A DNA stretch of 64,000 nt from an uncultured Gammaproteobacteria bacterium. GTDB lineage: Bacteria; Patescibacteriota; Microgenomatia; Daviesbacterales; UBA10151. The notes beneath the pieces were generated by a model. That model made no database searches. It was not told the DNA's origin and saw only the letters and a list, made by a program, of their open reading frames with translations. The stretch covers positions 9,013-73,012 of the forward strand of contig CAYOOO010000004.1 of the NCBI GenBank assembly GCA_964405655.1, read 5' to 3'. Positions 16,329 through 26,029 of the stretch are shown in pieces (position 1 is the stretch's first letter; the number at the start of each line of letters is the position of its first letter). Made by a program: the position numbers and the translations under genes.

Positions 16329-17105
16329 TTAAAAAGGTTCTGCTGAGTTAAAAGCCATATAATTGGCAGCTTCTGGATCTAACTCTCTTAAGACCCTGTC
16401 TAGATTTTCATTATCTGGCCGAAATCTTTCTTCAAAGCTTGGTCTGTAGGCTGAAATGCTGGTTCGGCCATTCACCCAAGCCCAAGAAACAGGCTTAAAA
16501 ATATTTACTTCAAACTGACCAGTTGCGCGATTAAACCTACGAAGGCCTCCATACCAGTTGGGCGCGTATTGAACTACTATTCCTGCTCCAGCTGCCAAAT
16601 TTGCTGCTACTTGAGCACTGTTAGTATAGTAGTAAGGAAAATCTCCTGAATGTTTGAGTGCTAATATCCCTACCCTAACAGGAGTAAACCTAAAAGGAGC
16701 TGGTTCCGAAGCTGCAGCGTTACCAACTGGAGCACAATAACCTTCAGAGGCTACTCTCTGCGGATCACCACCATAAGTATTAATAATATAATTAGCAATA
16801 TAAGCAGCCTCTTCTTGCAAATGGGTTCTGCCTCCAGTCAGGCGGTCATGCCACCAGGCTGCTTGTCCATCAGCATGAAGTTGAGGTTGTCCCCCATAGC
16901 CAAAGTGAGAAAACCACCAAGGAGGAAGCCATAAGTCTCTTCCTACCACCATAGCTGATTGAGCTCGAACAACAACTGGTCTGGTAGCTTCCCTGCCTAA
17001 AGCTGCAGCTAAAGCTAGCGTACCTGCTACTCTAACTAATCTTTCAGCTGCCTGTCTTCTAGGGGTTTTATCTGAAGAAAATCCTTGGGCCAATTCAATT
17101 AACAT
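16329..17105 (-). CDS. Secreted hypothetical protein, possible Cys-dependent transglutaminase-like enzyme
   Basis: ATG 17105 lies behind a consensus promoter; RR-containing signal ending VRA|Q; EGYC...AAASEPAP...GILALKH motif. Confidence 0.65.
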   Translation of the reverse strand: MLIELAQGFSSDKTPRRQAAERLVRVAGTLALAAALGREATRPVVVRAQSAMVVGRDLWLPPWWFSHFGYGGQPQLHADGQAAWWHDRLTGGRTHLQEEAAYIANYIINTYGGDPQRVASEGYCAPVGNAAASEPAPFRFTPVRVGILALKHSGDFPYYYTNSAQVAANLAAGAGIVVQYAPNWYGGLRRFNRATGQFEVNIFKPVSWAWVNGRTSISAYRPSFEERFRPDNENLDRVLRELDPEAANYMAFNSAEPF

Positions 17106-17118
17106 AATTAATTTGGAA

Positions 17119-17147
17119 ATTATAACACTATGGGTCTTTAGTGTCAA
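17119..17147 (-). promoter_or_regulatory. Sigma70 promoter, perfect consensus with extended -10
   Basis: TTGACA-17-TATAAT with TG-T. Confidence 0.85.
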
Positions 17148-17158
17148 AGAGAACACCT

Positions 17159-17434
17159 TTACCCGTTACAAACAGGACACATTCCTTTATTAAACTTAAG
17201 AGAAAATATAGCTAAGAAAACTGAAAATACAGAGTTAACTAAGATTCCTGCGCTAATAATAAAAGTTGGGTAAGATAATATAATATTTTGGGTATTAGCG
17301 CCTGGCTTGTAAAACATCACTCCCAAAAGCGCTAAGAAAACACCAAGAGTTATCTTGACTATCCGATCCATAAGTGTCATAAGGATAGTTATTAAATAGT
17401 GATAAAGATCATGTTTTTTCCTAACAAAAGGCAT
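17159..17434 (-). CDS. Small membrane protein (2 TM)
   Basis: 91-aa hydrophobic ORF filling an intergenic gap; ends in CPVC. Confidence 0.45.
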   Translation of the reverse strand: MPFVRKKHDLYHYLITILMTLMDRIVKITLGVFLALLGVMFYKPGANTQNIILSYPTFIISAGILVNSVFSVFLAIFSLKFNKGMCPVCNG

Positions 17435-17506
17435 ATCTTTTAAAAGCAGTATTTATACTAATATACTAAACAGAAATTGGGTTTAGAAAGAGATAGGTTC
17501 TTTCAG

Positions 17507-18310
17507 ATGAGAAGTCCTTTAGTATCGGTCATTTTACCAGTCTATCAGCAGGAAAAAACAATTGCTTACGACTTACTTAAAGTTAAGCAGGTTTTGGATA
17601 AGTTGCGGTATCAAACTGAACTAATTTGTGTGGTGGATGGCCAAGTTGACCAAAGCTACTCTCGGGCTCAAAAGGTGGCTAAGAAATATAAAAATATTAA
17701 GGTAGTTGGCTATGACACCAACAAAGGTAAAGGCTATGCTGTTAGGTTTGGGATAGCCAAATCAAAAGGAGAGATCATCGGCTTTATTGATGCCGGGATG
17801 GATCTAAATCCCAATGGCTTATCTATGCTTTTGGAACATTTTGAGTGGTACAAAGCAGATATTATTATTGGATCAAAAAGACATCCAGTCTCTAAAGTTA
17901 AATACCCTTGGCAAAGAAGAGTACTCTCACTTGGCTATCAACTCCTAACCAGAATTCTGTTTGGTCTTAAGATTAGGGATACCCAAGTTGGGATGAAGTT
18001 TTTTAGAAGAGAGGTCTTGGAAAAAATCTTACCAAGACTACTGGTAAAAACATATGCCTTTGATATTGAAATTCTGGCTGTTTCCCATAGTCTAGGCTAT
18101 AAAAGGATCTTTGAAGCACCAGTTGAACTCAACTTTAGAAAAGCTACCTCTTCAATTACAACTCAGAAATATTTAAGGATTCTTTTTCATATGCTTTGGG
18201 ATACCCTAGCTGTTTTTTATAGATTAAAGATCCTGGGCTACTATTCCAATAAAAACCATAGACGCTGGAGATTTGACCCCGAGCTTAATTTTAGAGTTAA
18301 TACAGGTTAA
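17507..18310 (+). CDS. GT2 polyprenol-phosphate glycosyltransferase (DPM/DPG synthase-like)
   Basis: VSVILPVY, VVDG, NKGKGYAV, FIDAGMD, DTQVGMKFF, AFDIEIL. Track start 17477 (TTG) is an alternative. Confidence 0.88.
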   Translation: MRSPLVSVILPVYQQEKTIAYDLLKVKQVLDKLRYQTELICVVDGQVDQSYSRAQKVAKKYKNIKVVGYDTNKGKGYAVRFGIAKSKGEIIGFIDAGMDLNPNGLSMLLEHFEWYKADIIIGSKRHPVSKVKYPWQRRVLSLGYQLLTRILFGLKIRDTQVGMKFFRREVLEKILPRLLVKTYAFDIEILAVSHSLGYKRIFEAPVELNFRKATSSITTQKYLRILFHMLWDTLAVFYRLKILGYYSNKNHRRWRFDPELNFRVNTG

Positions 18311-18317
18311 GACTTTT

Positions 18318-19445
18318 ATGCGCATCCTAGTTTTATCATGGAAAGACACTAAACATCCTCTTTCAGGTGGCGCTGAACAAGTAATGCACCAACATATGAA
18401 AAGTTGGGCTCAGGCAGGACACCAAGTTTATCTTTTCTCTTCTAACTTCTATCAGGCAAAAAGATCAGAAAAAATTGAACACGTTCAAATAATCCGTCAA
18501 GGGTCGCAAGTCTTGGGTGTCCATTTAGCTGGAATACTTTATTATCTAAAGCATCGCAATCAGTTTGATTTAGTAGTAGATCAGTTTCACGGATTGCCAT
18601 TTTTTACACCATTATATGTAAAGAAACCAAAGCTGGCTATAATTCAGGAGACTGCTAGAGAGGTTTGGTTCTTAAATTTTTTACCTTGGCCTCTAAACTG
18701 GATAGTAGGACTGATTGGTTTTTTAACTGAACCTTTAATCTTTAAGCTCTACAGAAACGTGACCTTCATGACGGCCTCTGAATCAACCTATAATGATTTA
18801 ATCAAATTGGGTATATCTCCGAAAAAAATTATTATTGTGCCTCATGGTCTTAAGGGTATAAATAGACAGCTCAATCTTAAAAGACCTAAAACTCCAACTA
18901 TTAGCTACTTAGGAACACTCTCCAAAGATAAAGGCATTGAGGACGCATTAGATTGTTTTGAGATCTTAAATAAAACAGGTAATTTTAATTATTGGGTAAT
19001 TGGCAAGAGTGAAACAGCCTCATATACTAAAAGGATTGAAAAAATGGCACAAAAATTAGGGCTTATAAACAAAGTTAAATTTTGGGGTTATGTCTCAGAC
19101 AAGATGAAGTATAAATTGCTGTCTAAATCACATCTACTAATAAATCCCTCTGTTCGTGAGGGTTGGGGTTTGGTTAATCTAGAAGCAAACCTGGTAGGAA
19201 CCCCAGTGGTAGCCTACAACTCTCCTGGTTTAGTTGATTCCGTCAAAGATAATGTTACAGGGATAATTTGTCAAAAGAATACTCCTCAACAGCTTGCAGA
19301 AAAAGTCACAGAGATATTAAACAATAAAGCTAGATACTCTAAACTACAAAAAGGAGCATATCTTTGGGGTAAGAAACACTCCTCCTGGAATAAATCTCAA
19401 AAATCAAGCTTAAAATTAATAGAAAGAGTTGCTTATGCCCGCTAG
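18318..19445 (+). CDS. GT4 glycosyltransferase
   Basis: GGAE N-terminal motif; PSVREGWGLVNLEA (ExxxxxxxE). Confidence 0.9.
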   Translation: MRILVLSWKDTKHPLSGGAEQVMHQHMKSWAQAGHQVYLFSSNFYQAKRSEKIEHVQIIRQGSQVLGVHLAGILYYLKHRNQFDLVVDQFHGLPFFTPLYVKKPKLAIIQETAREVWFLNFLPWPLNWIVGLIGFLTEPLIFKLYRNVTFMTASESTYNDLIKLGISPKKIIIVPHGLKGINRQLNLKRPKTPTISYLGTLSKDKGIEDALDCFEILNKTGNFNYWVIGKSETASYTKRIEKMAQKLGLINKVKFWGYVSDKMKYKLLSKSHLLINPSVREGWGLVNLEANLVGTPVVAYNSPGLVDSVKDNVTGIICQKNTPQQLAEKVTEILNNKARYSKLQKGAYLWGKKHSSWNKSQKSSLKLIERVAYAR

Positions 19446-20244
19446 CCCTTCTTTATCTATCATCATACCGACTAGAAATGAGCAGAAAAACATTCTAAGG
19501 TGCTTGGCCTCAGTTAAAAGACAAAAGTATTCGGGAAGGATTGAAACTATTGTAGTTGACAGTAACTCTTCTGATCAAACAGCTAAAATTGCCCGCAGAT
19601 TGGCTACAAAAGTTATTTTAGGAGGATTTGAAAGGTCAGAACAGCGCAATATTGGCGCCAAGGCATCAGTGGGCCAGTACTTAGTTTTTATTGATGCTGA
19701 CATGAAACTAAGCACACCCGAGCTTTTAGCTGAGGCTACAAAAATTGCTAGTCAGGGTAAATTTATTATCGCTTTCCCTGAGCAATCTGTTGGATCAAAT
19801 TTTTGGGAAAAATCAATTGCCCTGGAAAGAAATCTCTACAAACATGAGCAAGTCATTACAGCAGCCAGGGTTTATCCTAGAAAACTATTTTTTGATCTGG
19901 GGGGGTTTGATGAAAAGTTAGTGGCTGGAGAGGATTGGGATTTATCAATCAATGCGCAAAAACTGGGCTACAAGCTCATCTATACCAAAAGAGAAATTTT
20001 GCACTATGAACATATTAGTTCTTTAGGCTCTTTTCTTAGGAAGAAAAACTATTATGTCCGAAATATCTCATTATTTAAAAATAAACATCCTGAAGAGTTT
20101 ACCTTGAAATCCAGCCTAAAAATAAGGTTAGGTATTTTTTTAAAAAACTGGACTTTATTTCTGAGGGATCCCCTACATTCCTTGGGCTTTCTTTTCTTAA
20201 AGACCCTTGTCTGGTACGATTGGAAAAAATCAGAAAACGCTTAA
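19435..20244 (+). CDS. GT2 glycosyltransferase
   Basis: SIIIPTRNE, VVDSNSSD, FIDADM, GGFDE...GEDWDL. Confidence 0.9.
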   Translation: MPASPSLSIIIPTRNEQKNILRCLASVKRQKYSGRIETIVVDSNSSDQTAKIARRLATKVILGGFERSEQRNIGAKASVGQYLVFIDADMKLSTPELLAEATKIASQGKFIIAFPEQSVGSNFWEKSIALERNLYKHEQVITAARVYPRKLFFDLGGFDEKLVAGEDWDLSINAQKLGYKLIYTKREILHYEHISSLGSFLRKKNYYVRNISLFKNKHPEEFTLKSSLKIRLGIFLKNWTLFLRDPLHSLGFLFLKTLVWYDWKKSENA

Positions 20245-21167
20245 TGAAAACTAAGTTACCAACTGTTTCAATCATTATCCCGACAATGAATAGGAAAGAC
20301 TCACTGCTTAGGACTTTAAGATCTATTAGTTTCTTAAAGTACCCTCAAAAAAGATATGATGTAGTGATTATTAATAACGCCTCTTCTGACGGTACATCTA
20401 AGCTAGTAAGGAAAAATTATCCAAAATTTAAACTGATCGAAAACAGCCACAATGTTGGCTTTGCCCCAGCTTTAAACCAGGGGATAAAAAATAGTAAAGG
20501 GCAATTTGTCTTTATTACAAACGATGATGTAATCTTTCATAAAGATTGCCTAACTGAGCTAATAAATTTAATACAAACAGATAAAAAAATCGGTGTAGTT
20601 GGCGGAAAGATGTTTTTTCAGGATCAGCCTGAGATTATGGCTTTACCTGGCTTTAAGGTTAACTTATGGCTAGGTTATTTCCCCTATGATTATAGGGGAG
20701 CAGATCAGGTTAGAGAGACCGACATAACTACCGGCGGATGTACATTAATTAGACGGTCGATTCTAAATAAATCGGGAATGTATGATGATGGTTTCTTCTT
20801 CTGCGGCGAAGATTATGATTTTTGCTTTAGAGTCAGATTAGCTGGTTTTAAAATATTATATTGTCCTAAAGCTATTGTTTGGCATGGATTTTTAAGCTCA
20901 GCTAAAGCTACAGACAACTTTAATCAGCTTTTTGCCCATTATCGAGGCAAATTTAAATTTATGCTAATTCACGCTTCAATTTTACAAATATTAACCTTTT
21001 TACCTATCCAGTTATTTTTTGGACCATTTTTTAGTTATCTTCAATCTCGGAAAAAAACTTTACTGCCGATGATAAAAGCTCTAATCTGGAACATAGTAAA
21101 CTTGCCAGCCACTTTTAAGGCCAGAGGAAAGGTTAGTAAACTGCGCTTAGGTTATCCATATGTCTAA
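20244..21167 (+). CDS. GT2 glycosyltransferase (rhamnosyltransferase-like)
   Basis: INNASSDGT, NVGFAPALNQG, TNDD, GEDYDFCFR; TAATG overlap with the upstream gene. Confidence 0.9.
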   Translation: MKTKLPTVSIIIPTMNRKDSLLRTLRSISFLKYPQKRYDVVIINNASSDGTSKLVRKNYPKFKLIENSHNVGFAPALNQGIKNSKGQFVFITNDDVIFHKDCLTELINLIQTDKKIGVVGGKMFFQDQPEIMALPGFKVNLWLGYFPYDYRGADQVRETDITTGGCTLIRRSILNKSGMYDDGFFFCGEDYDFCFRVRLAGFKILYCPKAIVWHGFLSSAKATDNFNQLFAHYRGKFKFMLIHASILQILTFLPIQLFFGPFFSYLQSRKKTLLPMIKALIWNIVNLPATFKARGKVSKLRLGYPYV

Positions 21168-21927
21168 TTTATACGGTGAACGTTATGTTCCTGGTCAAAA
21201 AGACGACCCATTTTTTTTGGAGCATATCCAAAGATACCAATTCTCAAAACCATTTATCAAAAATAAAAAGGTTTTAGATTTAGGCTGTGGTACGGGTTAT
21301 GGCAGTTTTGAATTAATAAATTTAGGTGCAAAACAAGTTTATGCAGTTGATATTGACAAACAAGCTATCAGTTTTGCTAAACGTCATTTTCAAGCTAAGA
21401 ACCTCTTTTTTCAACAAGCTAGCGCTACCTCCCTACTTTTTCCAGATCAAAGCTTTGAGATAGTTGTTTCCTTTGAAGTAATTGAGCATATTAAAGATTA
21501 CCAAAGCTATTTAAAAGAAGTTTTTAGGGTCTTGAAATCTCAAGGTATCTTCATTTTTTCTACTCCTAATAAAGAGCAATATAGAAAAGGTACATCAGCT
21601 TACCACTTTAAGGAGTTCAGTGCTCAAGAGCTTAAGAAACTGCTGCCTAAGGCTGGCTTTAAAGTTAGACTCTTTGGGCAATTTTTTGGAAATAAAGAAT
21701 TTAGACAAGCGCAATCAACCTATTTCAAAAGATACCAAATCTTAACATTAGGAGGCAAAAAAACTTTGAAAAAAATGCTAAATCTATTTTCGCCTCAATT
21801 TAAGGCTTCAATTTATAAAGCTTTCTTCAAAGTTGCTCCTGCAATCAGCCCAGATCAGATATACATTAAGAAGGGTGGACTTGATCAAGCTCTAACTTTA
21901 ATTGGGGTTTGTCAAAAGATTAATTAA
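21160..21927 (+). CDS. Class I SAM-dependent methyltransferase
   Basis: EHIQRY, VLDLGCGTGYG, SFEVIEH, STPN. Confidence 0.9.
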   Translation: MSNLYGERYVPGQKDDPFFLEHIQRYQFSKPFIKNKKVLDLGCGTGYGSFELINLGAKQVYAVDIDKQAISFAKRHFQAKNLFFQQASATSLLFPDQSFEIVVSFEVIEHIKDYQSYLKEVFRVLKSQGIFIFSTPNKEQYRKGTSAYHFKEFSAQELKKLLPKAGFKVRLFGQFFGNKEFRQAQSTYFKRYQILTLGGKKTLKKMLNLFSPQFKASIYKAFFKVAPAISPDQIYIKKGGLDQALTLIGVCQKIN

Positions 21928-23047
21928 GTCTTAGGACCTTAAGATAAACTGCTTTAAGCCTCTCACGAGCAATATTTACCTCAAAAAGCTTAAGAAACCT
22001 TTTCCTTGCTTCTTTCCCCATCTTTCTTCTGATATCTGATCTAGTAATTAAAATCTCCAAAGTTTTATAAAGCTGGCTAGTATTATTTGGTTTTATAACA
22101 AAACCAGTTTTTTGATCCTCCACTAGCTCAGACAAAGCATAAACTGAGCTTACAATGGTAGGAATACCAAAAGATTGAGCCTCAAGCACCACCAGTCCAA
22201 ACCCTTCTGCCTTGGGAGGCACTAAAACAAAGATATCAGCTTGAGGATAATATCTAGTTAGTAAAGTTTTATAATCAACATAATCTTGATGGGTTATCAA
22301 AGGATTTGAAATATCTAGGTAACTTGGCACAGGCCCAAGTATTGTTAACCTAAGATTTGTATATAACTTGATAAGTTTATTAAAGGCCTGAAGTAAAATA
22401 AGCCCTCCCTTTCGCTCAAACCAAACCCCAGCAAATAAAATATTAATATTTCTCTTCTTAGTCTTTTTTTGTTTGAACCTGGTTTTTGGTATTCCTGGAT
22501 AGATTACTTCTATTTTTTTAGGATCTGCACCCAATTTTTGATGTACATCTTTGGCAAACTTTGAAAAAACGAGTAGCTTTTGAGCATGTTTTATGTTTAA
22601 TTCCTGATCATAAATCCCAAATATTCTACTTATTAGACCCCTAATAAAGTAGTTGATTTTAATTCTCCAGTTTGGCCAACCCAAATAGTCTTTCAAAAAA
22701 AGTGAATTTGAAGAGCTATCACTTAAAATAACTGGTGGTTTAATTTTGCCATCTAGTTTCAGGCTGTAAGCATGGCTATGTATCAAATCGTATTTCCTCT
22801 TTAACTTAAGACAGATAAAACCTGCTCCAAGAGGCAAAATCCTCAGTTTCATTAGAATAGACAGTCTGGATTGCCAGGCTGTATATTCAATTTCCCCTTT
22901 TTCCAAAGCATCTTTAAAGTGAATATATTCAACACCTTGGGGCGGGTATTTTAATAAAATTTGGGTATAAGTATTTTCGCCTCCCATCAGATTTTTTAAA
23001 TCTCCTGGTACTCTAGGATCAATCGGGCTAATAAGAAGCACTCTCAT
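21920..23047 (-). CDS. GT4 glycosyltransferase
   Basis: ILFAG...RKGG, EGFGLVVLEAQSFGIP. Confidence 0.9.
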   Translation of the reverse strand: MRVLLISPIDPRVPGDLKNLMGGENTYTQILLKYPPQGVEYIHFKDALEKGEIEYTAWQSRLSILMKLRILPLGAGFICLKLKRKYDLIHSHAYSLKLDGKIKPPVILSDSSSNSLFLKDYLGWPNWRIKINYFIRGLISRIFGIYDQELNIKHAQKLLVFSKFAKDVHQKLGADPKKIEVIYPGIPKTRFKQKKTKKRNINILFAGVWFERKGGLILLQAFNKLIKLYTNLRLTILGPVPSYLDISNPLITHQDYVDYKTLLTRYYPQADIFVLVPPKAEGFGLVVLEAQSFGIPTIVSSVYALSELVEDQKTGFVIKPNNTSQLYKTLEILITRSDIRRKMGKEARKRFLKLFEVNIARERLKAVYLKVLRLN

Positions 23048-23154
23048 ATTTTTTGTATACCTAATTTAATATTTTATGTTATATACTCGTCTGGCTCGAG
23101 TTTGCAACTTTAAAATTTACAAATTAGAGCATTTTAGGTATAAATTATTGCACC

Positions 23155-24087
23155 ATGGATCTTCAAACAAAACAAGCAAAAACTATCATGATGACAGGAG
23201 CAAGTTCGCTTCTAGGGAGAGGGATCATTAGATCTTTACCAGATAACTACCAGTTAGTTGCCTGTTATCGTAATCATAAAATCCCAGTCACTGCAAGGGT
23301 TAAAGCATACAAATTGGATATATCTAATAACTACCAGACGGAAAAAGCACTGGAGAAGATAAAACCAGATCTGTTGATTCATGCAGCAGCCCTAAGTAAC
23401 GTAGATTACTGTGAGTCACACCAGAACGAAGCTTGGATGACTAATGTTCAGAGTACTTTTAAGTTAGTTAGATTATGCGAGCAATCAGATATTCCAATCA
23501 TTTTTATTTCTACCAATGCTGTATTTGATGGTAAAAAAGAAGTCTACAAGGAAGATGACCAGGTTAGTCCTCTTAATTTTTATGGTCAAACAAAAGCTGA
23601 AGGTGAAAAAATTGTCCGTAAAAGTCAAGTACCATGGATTATTTTACGGCTGATTACTATGTATGGCTGGCAGCCAGAAAACGCCCGTCTAAATCCTGTG
23701 ACTTGGGTATTAAGTGAACTCGAAGCCAAACATTCTATTAAAGTAGTAGACGATGTTTGGCTAAATCCACTTTATTATCTTGACGGGGGTCAGGTCATCT
23801 GGAAGTTAATAGATAGCCAGGCTGAAGGAATTTGGCATGTAGCAGGTAGTGAAACTTTAAGCAGATACGACTGGGCTAAAAAAACTGCCCAAATTTTTCA
23901 ACTAGATTCAAGTTTAATCTCCCCCACCTCCAGTTCCTTTTTTTCAGGCAAAATAGCCCCAAGACCTCATAGAACTATTTATTCAACTTGGAAGTTGAAT
24001 AATAAGCTAGGTTATCAAACCAAAAATATTTCTGAAGGACTTATGGCAATGTTAATGGAAAAAAAACTACCTCACGATGTACCCTAA
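23155..24087 (+). CDS. rfbD: dTDP-4-dehydrorhamnose reductase-like SDR
   Basis: IHAAALSNVDYCE, ISTNAVFDG, PLNFYGQTK, APRP; the nucleotide-binding loop is degenerate (GASSLLG). Confidence 0.8.
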   Translation: MDLQTKQAKTIMMTGASSLLGRGIIRSLPDNYQLVACYRNHKIPVTARVKAYKLDISNNYQTEKALEKIKPDLLIHAAALSNVDYCESHQNEAWMTNVQSTFKLVRLCEQSDIPIIFISTNAVFDGKKEVYKEDDQVSPLNFYGQTKAEGEKIVRKSQVPWIILRLITMYGWQPENARLNPVTWVLSELEAKHSIKVVDDVWLNPLYYLDGGQVIWKLIDSQAEGIWHVAGSETLSRYDWAKKTAQIFQLDSSLISPTSSSFFSGKIAPRPHRTIYSTWKLNNKLGYQTKNISEGLMAMLMEKKLPHDVP

Positions 24088-24982
24088 AGTAGCGATTATT
24101 GCCATAAACTATAACGGTAAAGAGCTAATTAATGAATTTTTAAATTCTACCAAAAAGCTCAAATACCCAAAAAGTAAGATCCAAATAATTGTCATCGATA
24201 ATCACTCAACTGATGGGTCAAACACGTTAATTAATAAATATTATCCCAGTGTTAAATTAATCCGATTAGAAGATAACATCGGATATGGTCCGGCAGCAAA
24301 TATCGGGATCAAAAGGTCTTCAGGCAACTATCTATTTATAGCCAATAACGACCTGCTCTTTCATCCAAACAGCATAAAAATATTGGTTAAATACATCCAA
24401 AAACACCCGGAAATCGGGATTTTAGGCGGGAAAATAATCTCAAGCACAGATCATACAAAAATTGCCTCCGGTTACCAAACATTTAACTATTATACCGGCC
24501 AAATCGATATAGGTTCGAAAGATATAGCAAGAATCACCAAAGTCCAGTGGGTACAAGGCTGCGCAATGCTAATTCCCCGATCAGTTTTTAAGGAAGTGGG
24601 CTTGTTTGATGAGAATTTTTCTAAAATTTATTTTGAAGATTTGGACTTGTGTAAAAGGGTCCAGGAAGCGGGCTTTAAAACAGTAATCAACCCAAACTCT
24701 ATTTTTTACCATTACCAGTCATATACTATGGACAAGGTGGTAAACCTATCTACAAAATGGTTTTTTTGGCACAAGAATAAGATTCAGTACGTTATCAAGC
24801 ATGCTAACATACTTCAAATCTTGACTGTAATTATTCTCCAAGGATTTTTTAGCCTTTACTGGACTATAATCAAAAACCAACCTAGCTTAACTACTTTTGT
24901 CAAAGCATTAGATTGGAACATTCGGCATTTTTCTATCATCAGATATAGGAATAATACTGATTTTAAAGTAAAAAAATTATAA
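24077..24982 (+). CDS. GT2 glycosyltransferase (rhamnosyltransferase-like)
   Basis: IDNHSTDGS, NIGYGPAANIG, ANND, YFEDLDLC. Confidence 0.9.
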   Translation: MYPKVAIIAINYNGKELINEFLNSTKKLKYPKSKIQIIVIDNHSTDGSNTLINKYYPSVKLIRLEDNIGYGPAANIGIKRSSGNYLFIANNDLLFHPNSIKILVKYIQKHPEIGILGGKIISSTDHTKIASGYQTFNYYTGQIDIGSKDIARITKVQWVQGCAMLIPRSVFKEVGLFDENFSKIYFEDLDLCKRVQEAGFKTVINPNSIFYHYQSYTMDKVVNLSTKWFFWHKNKIQYVIKHANILQILTVIILQGFFSLYWTIIKNQPSLTTFVKALDWNIRHFSIIRYRNNTDFKVKKL

Positions 24983-25000
24983 TCATTAAACCTAAACAAT

Positions 25001-26029
25001 ATGTACAAACAACCCCAGAAAGCTAAAATCGGTGAGATTCAATTCAGACAGAAACTCACTCTTCAACACCTTGGGGAAGCTACTTCCTTCAAAGGAGCAC
25101 CAAACGCTAGGCAGATACTACAACTGCTCAAAGAAAGAGTAAAAAACAGTACAAAAATATTTAATGAATTGATTAATAAAAAGATTACCCTCTCTCCCTT
25201 TTTGGAAATTGGGGCGGAAAAGGGTCAAAGGTCAGCTTTACTAGTCTCAAAATTTAATGCTCAAGGATTCGCTCTAGATCTGTCATTTGAAAGTTTGAGT
25301 GCAACAAAAATATTCGCTAAAAAGTTGCGGTTAATTAAACTGCCTATTTTAATCTGTGCAGATGCTGAAAATTTACCATTTGCAGATAGCTCAATACCAT
25401 TTGTCTTTGCTTTTGAAACTCTTCATCATTTTCCTAAACCAGATTTAGCAATTGCTGAGATGAAAAGGGTCTGTTCTCCAGGTGGGCATGTTTACTTCTC
25501 AGAGGAACCAATTAGCCAAAGGTTTAATCTGACAATTTGGCGAAGAGATTACAACTTAAATTTAGTAGAGAAATTACTGAAACTCCTATTAATCTTACCA
25601 TTTCTGTCTAGGCTTGGCGGCGTTGAGAATAAATACGGAGTCTTAGAAAATGACTTCCCTATTTCGACCTGGCAAAAAGCTCTAGCTATATTCGAGAAAC
25701 CAGATGTCACCGTTGAACCTGTTTTCTGGGGTCCAAAATCGACCTTTATCACCCGCAATCAGTCTTGGCCGATTAATCTACTGACCCGTATTTTAATTGA
25801 GCTTGAGGGGGGCGGAATCACTCTCCTTGCAAAAATGGAAGGTAATTTACCAAAATCTAAAAAAGATATATTCGTATCTTTACGATGCCCGGTATGCAAA
25901 AAATCCGGCTTAAATAAATTTAGCTCAAGCTTGGTATGCCAAAGGTGCAAAGTTAATTATCCGATTAAAGATGAAGTTTTAATATTGCTACCGCCCCCGG
26001 AGCGAAAAAAACTTTATCCTAAATTCTGA
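25001..26029 (+). CDS. SAM methyltransferase with C-terminal Trm112-like zinc ribbon
   Basis: LEIGAEKG, ADAENLPF, TLHHF; C-terminal LRCPVC...CQRC..YPIKDEVLILL. Confidence 0.8.
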   Translation: MYKQPQKAKIGEIQFRQKLTLQHLGEATSFKGAPNARQILQLLKERVKNSTKIFNELINKKITLSPFLEIGAEKGQRSALLVSKFNAQGFALDLSFESLSATKIFAKKLRLIKLPILICADAENLPFADSSIPFVFAFETLHHFPKPDLAIAEMKRVCSPGGHVYFSEEPISQRFNLTIWRRDYNLNLVEKLLKLLLILPFLSRLGGVENKYGVLENDFPISTWQKALAIFEKPDVTVEPVFWGPKSTFITRNQSWPINLLTRILIELEGGGITLLAKMEGNLPKSKKDIFVSLRCPVCKKSGLNKFSSSLVCQRCKVNYPIKDEVLILLPPPERKKLYPKF

